DNA of 64,000 bases, taken from assembly GCA_003344405.1 (NCBI GenBank), contig NOWV01000010.1, forward strand, positions 310,001 through 374,000, given 5' to 3'. Position 1 is the first letter of the stretch; each line of letters starts with the position of its first letter. Of this stretch, positions 54,301 to 64,000 are shown piece after piece. The position numbers and the translations under genes are program-made. The notes beneath the pieces were generated by a model. It had not been told where the DNA came from. It was given only the letters and a program-made list of their open reading frames with translations, and searched no databases. This DNA comes from Trichoplax sp. H2. Taxonomy: Eukaryota.

Positions 54301-54648
54301 TGTGTTATCCATAAGTTATTTACTTTTTCTACTATACTACATACCATTTTATGCTTTGCAGAGATTAATAGAAAAATTTGATTACAATTTATAGCTTTAC
54401 TATATCATCATTACCGTATCGTTGTTTTCATTTTGTTCATAACGCACTCTCAAGATTGCCATCATCAATGTTTGCTGCTCATTAGGATCCTGACTTATAC
54501 GTTCCACATTTTTAGCCGTCAATTGACCAAACTGTGACATGGTCATATTAGCAGGGAAGTACCTGCGCAAATTTTCAAGTCCAAAGTGATTTAATACGCT
54601 GTGAACATCTTTGACGTTCTGTAAAAAATCGTCGCTTTCACTCGCCAT
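39400..54648 (-). CDS. MAST: Microtubule-associated serine/threonine kinase (MAST; DUF1908-kinase-PDZ), ~30 exons, apparently with an N-terminal SAM-like exon
   Basis: Exons encode [10 protein letters not shown] (47742-47951), [14 protein letters not shown] (~45540-45610) and DUF1908 ([25 protein letters not shown]). Kinase motifs: [93 protein letters not shown]. Then AGC tail [18 protein letters not shown] ([28 protein letters not shown]) and [11 protein letters not shown]; stop at 39400. Inclusion of exon 54415-54648 is inferred from matching splice phase; the core from 47951 down is secure. Confidence 0.93.
49831..49996. repeat. Diverged tandem duplication, ~91 bp period
   Basis: TGTCTATTTCCTA...GAGCTTGCTGGAGATGAAATCATGACTAACGCAGCAGTACATAAAATA versus TGTCTTTTTCCTA...GGGCTTGTTGGAAATGAAATCATGACTAAAGTAGGAGTACGTAAAATA. 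Confidence 0.8.
54415..54648 (-). CDS. Probable first coding exon of MAST encoding a divergent SAM-like helical domain
   Basis: [78 protein letters not shown] ends at a phase-0 donor (ACG|GTAATG). The next MAST exon starts in phase 0 (TAG|ACG GAT AAT at 47951). Confidence 0.65.
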
Positions 54649-57600
54649 TCTTTTAAGTCTTGTTGTTTCAGTACTGTTTCAATAGCAATAATATAATATC
54701 CCTATTTTAAATAAAAATTCAATTAATTATATATTGTCATTATGTTACATTATTATCCTGTAATATTTTTTACTCTCCATTTATAATAATAGTGCAACTG
54801 AAATTTCATAGAAGTCTTCAGTCAAAAGACAACGATATAGGTATACAAAGTGAATATCGGAAAAATGTTGAAAATATTCTAACCAACTGATATTCTACGC
54901 TTAACTTGAGCATGAAATTTTATAACCCTATCGACTACTCTAGAGGGGAAAATACGATAAATTAGATAATTGTTCAATGAAAAAAATACCAACTGTACAC
55001 TTGTTTCTCATATCTTACATCTAACAATATAATTCGCATCAATTACTACAAGTAAATAATAATAATATTAAATATGGTAGACAAAAACGAAGACAAAATT
55101 AAGTTGACAAGCTATTTACTGCTGAATCTATTATATAAATACGTATATGTATCTAGATAAATGCGCTTACACCATCGATTTTATGGATGTATTTATGAAC
55201 ATCTTACGTCTAAGTACATTACTCTTATACATTAATGTTAAATTTGGATATTTTTTAATAGTCAACTAATAATGGACGATAATTTTATCTTCGACAATAG
55301 GTTATTTTACTAAATGATCATAAGACTCATAGCTGTAGTTTCTATCGTCATATTAGTACCAGTAAAACAATACTAAGAATTTGTAGTTAAGCTCAAAAAT
55401 TTTAGGCTATTTTGATAATGGACTATATCTCTATCGGCTCGTTAAATGTTCCAGTGTTGATTGGCTATGAAAACATGATTAATTGGAAGATTTTAATGGG
55501 CACGCTAATATATTTATTGTTTGAATATTCTACCAAGTATGCATACAAATATGGCTAGGTATAATACAGAAAAGATAATAATTACTTAACGCTAGCTCTA
55601 TCGAGATAAATTAAAAAAATAAAAAAGTTGCTTAATAAGGTAGAAATGTCCCAATTTTTCATCACTTTCTTTCACTGCGTATGTTTACCTAGCGAGTTAT
55701 ACTGCCTTCATATTTGGTTAACAGACGATTTCCGCGGCTACAAAAAAAACATATAGTAAATGGACTAGTATTAACAATAACATTAATTTTTCTTGACAGG
55801 ACTCTTATCAAAGGACTTGACAGCATACGTAAGCGTTGGGCATAGAGATCGAAATTAATCCAATAAATCCCCCAAAAAGTAAAAACAGAACGATATTGTA
55901 ATTATTTGTAACTGGTACCGACTATGAAAAGTACTGTACTGTACAGCAGTAGTATGTTATTTACCAATACTAAGTTGAAAAGGTAAGCCAAGAACAGGCC
56001 TATAAATATCACCGCCATTTTAGTAAATTCACTATATAACATCCAGTATTGCATGACTGATAAATCAACAATGCTTTTCTATGGTATTGTATTTTTTCAT
56101 TAAAATTATCCATATTGTGCTAAGTTTAGCGATCTAACTTTAGCCTATTTACTTAAGTTGCTTTAATTTTATAGAAACTCAGTACGCCGTATGGCAACTA
56201 ATCATGGCAAGAGATTGCTATCTAGCCGATATTTTTCCAGGGCAGATTTTACTAAGCATGGTTAATGATGTCATCGACAAAGATTGCTATCTAATAAGGA
56301 GTGTAGTTTCTAAGTTCATACGCGTAATTAACGTTTGTGTGTAATATTACATATGTAAAAGACTAAGATTGTGCATAAGCATGGAAATGATGAATTTATA
56401 ACATCGATATAGTGTCTAATTTACCGTACACAAGATGTTAAGAGTGCGGGAATAAAAACTATGATTTGTAATAAAGGAAGTGGATCATGATAATGGGTTA
56501 TTTTCTCATCTACCTTTCAATCGTATTCATACAAAACAACATCACTTCTATATCGGTTTTTTAAAGTCTACTCTAGATATCAGTACTGTACTCGTATATA
56601 AGTAGTCCATTAGTAGTTCCATTGGATTGGATTATTACAGCATGATTGATCTTGATCGAAACGATCTGGTACTAAGATGATTCATTTTTAGACGTACTAC
56701 ATTGAAATCTATAAAGTCTACACTACAGTAGAACATAATATAGCAGTTGTATCATCAATGGCAAATGTCACTTTTAACTTTGTAGGCAATATTGATTGCA
56801 ATAATAGTCATTAAGGTACATTTTTTAACACTTTTCTGATTGGAAGTAAATATTGAAAACTGTTTCTGAAATAGCATGATATTCTACAATAAAATCGGCG
56901 CCCTTCTTGAATGTTATCGATCACTCACTTTATGCACTCCACGATTGATAATAATAATAATAATAATATTAATGTGCTGTAGTCTAACATAATTTTAAAC
57001 TTGTAAACGGCTTACAAGTATAATCAATATTGATTGAAGGGATAAATTAGTCAAAGAGCTAGTAAAAAGAGCATATTGTATAGTAAGTTAGTAAAAGGCG
57101 AGTCAAGACTTTTTTTCCTCTTCAAAAGTCTGTGCAGTCCTCTTTTAGCATGCCAATCCTAGCTGTAAGGATATCGATGTGTGTAAAGTTTACTGTAAAC
57201 ACGGTGTAGCTGCAAGACCGTATTGTTCAACAATATCGATGATGGTACAATATTTTATGAAGATATAGCATAGTAAATGTTGCTAAATTAATTCAATTTA
57301 GCAACTTTGAACCGAATGTTATCGTCAAGAGTTAAGCAATAAATAAATGATGTTGCTATTTAGTGGAATATTGGTGGTTATCAATACGCTTAGCAAAGCA
57401 CTAGACAGTGCAGTCTACGTACATAGAGTATAACAAGGCAGTGCTAGTACTGGAGTAGGCGGATTGAAATCAGCAGTGTGATCGGGAGGATCATCCAAAT
57501 TATCGTCTTAGTTGTACTGGATGTTATCCATTTTATGTAGACAATTTTTTTTTCAACTTTAACTTACTAATTTATTATGATATCGCATTAATAATTTGAA

Positions 57601-58237
57601 CTGCTGTATAAAGATTATGAATAATAATAATTAATGGTTATTATTATTATTATTCCATATTCTACGCCTATGCAAGCATTATTGATCAAACGATAACTTC
57701 ATTTGGTTACCAATTCTCTCCTCATAAATTCATCCTATGCTGCTTTAAGTGATTGAAATCAGTACGACCTACTGTATCTCTACTGAATGTCTGATGGTTA
57801 GGATGAAAATTGAAACGACAAGATAATGGCCTAAAAAGTCTATTGAGTTAAGATAGTGTAGATAATTTGCAACTTCTTCCTTTAGCTGTCATGGCTGTTA
57901 GCTACATTAGTACTTGATCAATCTCATCAATTTGTACCTGAATGGCCGTCCATGAATCAACCAGTTTACACCAGTCTTGTAGATGTCAGCAAAACTACCT
58001 TTAATATAGCACGATCGGATAATTTTCGATTGGATAACGTATTGATTACCGATAGGATAAAAGCAAAACGAATAATCTCTCCAAGTTAGAACAACAAAAA
58101 ACAAGTCTACCACCAAATCTAAACTATTTATCTGTTTTGCGACATACTGGCGATTGTTTCTCTAATTACGGTAATGATCGCATGGTATCATTGGTATGGT
58201 ACCCCAGGGTGTTCCCAGTGTGTTTTCTCCGCCTATG

Positions 58238-58822
58238 TTGTACAGTGTACAGTGTACAGTACGTCTTACAGTATACTACTGTACTGTAGAGATGCAGTTC
58301 AAAGGTCTTCCTAGTCAGGACCGGTCCGGTCCGGACCAGGATCGACAGTACAGTACATAGTACTGTATTTACTGCACTGTGGCAGTGTGCGGCTTTGTCT
58401 CATACCTTTTTCTTTTGCGACAACCAGACTAGACACCACACCTAAGCTATTTGAGACTAGACTAAGTGGAAGAAAAAGAGAGCAGTTCTACTCGGAACCG
58501 AAGCTCTTTTTTTAAAACACATTCCCAAAGTTGTTAGCTGACACCACTACTGTGGATAGACTGCATAGTAGAGTATAGTTTGTTGTGGATTGATCTTAGG
58601 AATCCTTGGTAGATTGTAGTATACAGTGTAGCATGCCCTTATTTCCAGACAGATGGCGTTTGAAAGTACAGTACTGAACGCCTATAGTATACTGTACTGT
58701 ACTGTACAGCATAGGGGCACGTGTTGGCTACATACCCTACTGTACAGTACAGTACAGTACAGTATGTACTGTACTATAATTAATATACAGTACAGTACAA
58801 TACAGTACGAGACAGACAGACA
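58238..58822. promoter_or_regulatory. Inferred MAST promoter/5' UTR exon region flanked by (GTACW)n clusters
   Basis: Minus-strand donor AAAAAG|GTATGAG at 58405/58406. The block is relatively GC-rich, with pentamer clusters at ~58238-58375 and ~58665-58808 and a short (GACA)n run at ~58811. Confidence 0.45.
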
Positions 58823-59383
58823 GAAACATCCAGTACGACGTGTTTATTTTTCATTTTCTTGAAGGTTGATTCTATTTGCCAGGGAGGGCAACAACCTTTT
58901 CGCTGAATGGCTTAAATCGCTGAAGCATTCTCAAATTTTGAATATTTCTCTCCTTAATTGATTTTAGACAATGACGTGGATAAAATGATTTCAATTTCGT
59001 CAGTCCAATGGCATTTATGTATTTACAATTGCCATTTCAACTACACTAGCGATGATTACAAAATGACTGACATTGATCTGAATGGATAACCCATTCCTGG
59101 ACGCCAGCTAAAATGGCCTACAGTTCATAGAGAATACCTAGTTTTGACATCGAATTTGTCCACTATAAACTACATGACATGTTATGCTTCATAGAATAAT
59201 CATTTATTCAACAGTAAATTTCAAATTGAATGCAGTTGCTAAGGGAAGTGGAAAATAATGACGATAGTCAACTTGATTGTATACTGTAGACAGTGCGGGC
59301 AATATTGATCCTGAAAATATAAGGGAGAAAAAAAATGTTATGATAATCATCTAGGATTGAATATTAAATTATCCCGAAATGTT

Positions 59384-59467
59384 CATATTTTAGAGGTTTA
59401 GACTTCGTGATGGAACATTATACCATATTTTAGACATTTAGACTTCGCGATGGAACATTATACCATA
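59384..59467. repeat. Two-copy 40-bp tandem repeat
   Basis: CATATTTTAGAGGTTTAGACTTCGTGATGGAACATTATAC followed by CATATTTTAGACATTTAGACTTCGCGATGGAACATTATAC. Confidence 0.92.
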
Positions 59468-62400
59468 GAAATTCATACCAAAATGGATAACGGCATAGGG
59501 CTTTCCAGACTCAAATATCATACTACTATAGAATAATAATGTATATGCGTAGACGCACTAAAATAAAATACTGTATGAGAAGCAGAGGAAGGAAATTTTT
59601 TCTCATTTCTCCCTCACTGATATCTGATTCGATACTGATTTCGTCCCATTCAGTAAAATTAATCTACTCTTCATAGCAAGCAATGCCTCGGATGAATCCT
59701 TTTGTCAATCTTGTTCCTTTTCTCGAATCCACCTGCTCTGCTCTATATTGTTGTATATTTAAATAAATAAAAGATGAAATCTTCATCAGATTGCAAAGAG
59801 AATCAAATGAGCCCATACTATCGATACTATCCGCAACATGAAGTACTATATAGTAGTTGAAAATGGATGTGATAGTGCAGAATTTTTTTTCGCTTATAAA
59901 GGGAAATAATTAAGATAACTTTATCTTGTCTTAGCCATGATATAACTATACTAATGAGTATACACTGTACTGTACATAAATAATAAAATAAAATTCTGGG
60001 TCAATAAAAACAGTTGATACTATCAATCCTCTAATTTGCAATCAATGATAGCACAACAACTATAACGAAAATACTCATGATACCTTTTGATTTGCACACA
60101 GTAAAAAGTAAAATTGTCGAAAAGACTATATGCTATATTGTATGTAGCACAAATTATCATGTAGGGATGATTTGATATAGAAGGAATCCATACTAAACTG
60201 CTGCAAATATCACGTATGATGAGCATATGATAAGTAATGGAGTCAAAGAAAAGGCTATACCGTGGATATAATCATATAAATTCTATGTTGACAACTCCAA
60301 CGATGTTACAAGTGCGAGCATACTACTCGCCTATGACGTATAAATCATGCGAATCAATCAATCATTGGGAATCCTTGATAATTCAACATAATCTATAGAT
60401 ACATAAAGTCGCCATGAATCAGATAGACAATCTCGATTCACGTTTTACTTCAGCTATCAACTAGATTACGCATTTGAATAATAATAACTTGACAGCCACA
60501 AAATAGAACTGGCAATTAACCCATTTTTCCTGTCTTGACAATAACTATAAAACTGAACATCTACTCGGGAATGACGTAATATAAGAAAAGTTATATTGAT
60601 TGGTAAAAAAGCCAGATAGAAAATCCATTCTAATAGTTGATTATCAACCTTATTCAAATGACAATAAAAAATTTTGTCAATTCAATCTATAAATTTATTA
60701 CACCTGTTATAATAAGCTAATCAAACATTAAATTAGCAAGATATTATGCTCCAATCTAATTAAAATCCAGTATCTAATTTCCAATGCATTAATTGTTTTT
60801 ATTGCTTAAATGAAAATCAATCAAAACGTCATGATATTAACTTTGAAAGCAAATTAAAATTGCTTCTGATCGCTAAATTTCTATTGATATCTTCATAGTT
60901 TATCCCAGTTTTTCTCTGGAAACCACTTCATCGTTTCCTACATCTGATAATTATTAGTAACGAAAGATACTCTATTCGCTACCCATTTAATATCGGAATG
61001 GTCATCGTTTAGTCATGACTAACAAATTAATATAGAATTAGGAATGTTGAAGAATACCACTAGAATTCGATTAATTGGCAAGATTCAATCTATTTTCCAT
61101 GCGTGTTTATGCCCATTTTACTTATACACGAGTATAGCATTCATATGATATCATGAAATAAGCATTAGTGATTGAAATTTTAATGGTGGCATTATTAAAC
61201 AGGCCAATTTTTCCTTCGACCGATGATTTTCATAACTGTATAATCGCATCATTGTTACGAAGATTTGACGTCATTTTATTTTTCTGAACTTCCAGATGGT
61301 TATATTTTAAGGATATATGTTCCTTTTAATTCAATTCACTTTCAACTATGCAATTAGCAATAGTACATGATAGATTTAACTAATGTTATAGTAACAATTT
61401 AAGATTTGGAAGTTTATCTTTTTTACAAGACAAAAAGATGCAAGTATTATTTTATTGCCTGATGGATTATACAAAGAATTTAAATCGTGAATATGAAGAC
61501 TTCTCATAATTGCATTATAACTTGATAGCACCGGCTGGTATTCTCCAGGATAGTATATATACAGTAATATAAAATGATAGGCAGATTATGCGAGTCTTAC
61601 GATCAATCAACAGGGATACAAATGGATGGAGTAATTTTACAAATAGAAATTAAAGACTGATTTTATTATTCTACGCTAATATTGATCCATTCAAAGTTAA
61701 CAATAAAAATATTCAAAAATCTTTTGATCATTTTTGATCTAATTAATACAATAAATCATCCAATGTTAATGATCGAATAATCATCTACTTGACTCAATTT
61801 GATGACGTAGATAACTTTTATCAAGGAAAAGAATATTTAAAGAAAGGATTATTAAAGTCTTGATTAGATTAGTGATTGACGATCATTTACTAGTCTTTAT
61901 CAGCTAGAACCATCAGTTATTAGATTTAAAGAATGTACAGTACATAAATTCATAACATTCAATTCTCTGATTTTAGACTTTATCCATTAAAAAATAAATA
62001 CGTCAACATGCGTAACTATTAAAGTGAGATATTTAATCATGATCACAACTGCAGCTCTTATTTTTGCTTTAAAATATGAGGTATTATTCTATATCATTAT
62101 CTAGTTAAATTCTATCATAACGTATGCAATTAATATTAGAGATAAGCTAAAGAAGATAAAAGTATCTTCAAATTATAAATTTACAAAATATCAATTTAAT
62201 TCAATTCCCATTCTACTTTTAATATTCGCAATTAATCAGTGAATATGAAAATTCAAATTATGTTTGATTCTTTCGCATAGCTAAATCAACCGTACAATTT
62301 CAATATTACTTCCTGTCTTTCATTTCTTTATTTCATTTTCAATGCTATTCATTGCCATCCTTACGGAATAACAAGCAAAAATTGAATGGTGTTCCTGATA

Positions 62401-64000
62401 TTAACCTTATTGATAGCTGCACTATTCTTGATCTTTTCTACGGTAGAATTCTTCAACTTTATAACATAGTGCATATTTCAATTGCTTCTTTATTTGATAG
62501 TGGCACTATAGATATACTGCAATTATTGTTAGTATACAGTATACCGTTGTCATTACTACTATTATTAGAGAATTATTATTACAAGATTCTAGAAGGCATA
62601 AACAATGCCAGCTGCACCTGTACTTTAAAAATCTAACAATCCTCAATACATTGATTTCTAAAAGGAAATTAATTTGAAAATTTTTTCCTTTATATGGTAA
62701 GTCTGCTACATTGTATGTGGCTGCTGAATCAAGATGAATATCTCCAGAATTACACTATAGGATTGAATTATAAATTTGCCGGAGTAAATAATATGTTTTA
62801 TAAATATGCAGTAATTATTACAAGATGATATCCTCATCTAGATGTAATTTATGTCATTGAATAACTATTAAGTGAGGAAATATTAACAATAGTCGGAAAT
62901 CGGATTAAAACATTTTTTTCTGTTATTAGAGTGCATATTTTCACAAAGATAGATTAAATAAATCTTCATATCTAGACAGATGTAAAAATCTTCTACTCCA
63001 TTTATTTTATTTCTGTCCTGATAGATATATGAGCCTATCTAAAATTTATTTTTAATTCTACTTAAAAATATATTGTTATCAATCATTCTGAAAGAATAGT
63101 TGTAATGAATCGAGCCTTATTTGAATGATACAATGCCAACTTTAATTAAAAATAGTTATTATTTGACATTAGCAAATTAGTATTCATAGTTTAACTTGAA
63201 TAATAAGGTGTTTGTATTTTGGAGATGTTAACATCAATTCTAGCAAGACTAGCCAAGTAACCATGCTTTAGATAAAAATTAATGTTAAATATTTATATTA
63301 ATCATAGGTTAGCTGAATCTTACTCTAAGTCAATTCTCAAAACTTACAATCTATAAATTATATTACATAAACTTATGCGTGTGCTATCAATAGCAAATAT
63401 TATGATACAGATGACAATCCAAGATGCTTTGCCAGAAAAATCTAATAAAACAGATATTATAAGTAAAATTATTTTTATTAGTCCGACATTAGGCAATTGC
63501 TATTCTGAACCGAATCTACAAGTTCTAGATTCTAAAATATAATTTAAAGGCCTATGCTCTGAATAGGGATGCTTGAATGTTATAGTAAAGATAATAATTT
63601 ATGCTTTAAGCTGATGCCATTATAACACTTATTGTCGTCATAGTATTGTTATAAACAGGAAATTGATAAATAAATTAAGGCTATATAATAATTTAATCGA
63701 TAATATGCCCAGTACCTTAAGTTGAAGTTACAGAGCCTGCTGCAATTTATCGCTTTACTATAAGTATCGTTATTACCGTTCTATTGCTATTGTGCAGTAA
63801 TTATTTATTAATAAGTTTGTGTACTTAATATGTTATGCTTGTATGAAGTCAAATACTCTTTCGACACTTATCTGTATTTCTTAATTAAAGTTTTCTCTAG
63901 ATGTAATCCTTAATTTAAAAATAATACGCACATAGCACAGAATTTAAATCTAATCTTCTATGAAATTAGTAGTAAAGCAATAAGGTCTTTAATCCACTCG

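Noticed and set aside
59140-59750. Exon-like segments on the minus strand downstream of 59750
   Set aside because: All frames stop quickly and no domain is recognisable; a lncRNA cannot be excluded but is unsupported.
60023-60657. Possible decayed rhodopsin-type GPCR (LxxxD, C, W motifs in order on the minus strand)
   Set aside because: Motif spacing does not match class A GPCRs and there is no DRY or NPxxY motif; it needs a frameshift-aware profile search.

Overview
AT-rich eukaryotic (animal) genomic DNA with compact, intron-dense genes (GT-AG introns, many only ~60-150 nt). The style and a decayed 42-aa-type TPR repeat are most consistent with a placozoan (Trichoplax-like) genome; this is an inference. 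I reconstructed six spliced or complete genes by hand: a long-form PDE4 cAMP phosphodiesterase (+), an ankyrin-repeat-only protein ending in a Cys-rich tail (-), a mucolipin/TRPML channel (+), a Tctex1-domain dynein light chain (-), a cationic amino acid transporter of the SLC7A/CAT family (+) and a MAST kinase (-). Most short ORFs in the supplied track are exon fragments or spurious. The main leads are: (i) a ~350-nt, relatively GC-rich, helix-dense non-coding segment (18427-18771) whose G-U pattern favours a minus-strand RNA and which matches no RNA family I recognise; (ii) an apparent SAM-like first exon spliced in frame onto MAST kinase; (iii) (GTAC-W)n pentamer clusters and a satellite whose unit length changes in 5-nt steps, concentrated near inferred transcription starts; (iv) a PDE4-MCOLN-TCTEX1D-MAST neighbourhood mirroring the human 1p/19p/5q paralogon. 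No CRISPR array, rRNA, tRNA or transposase was recognised.
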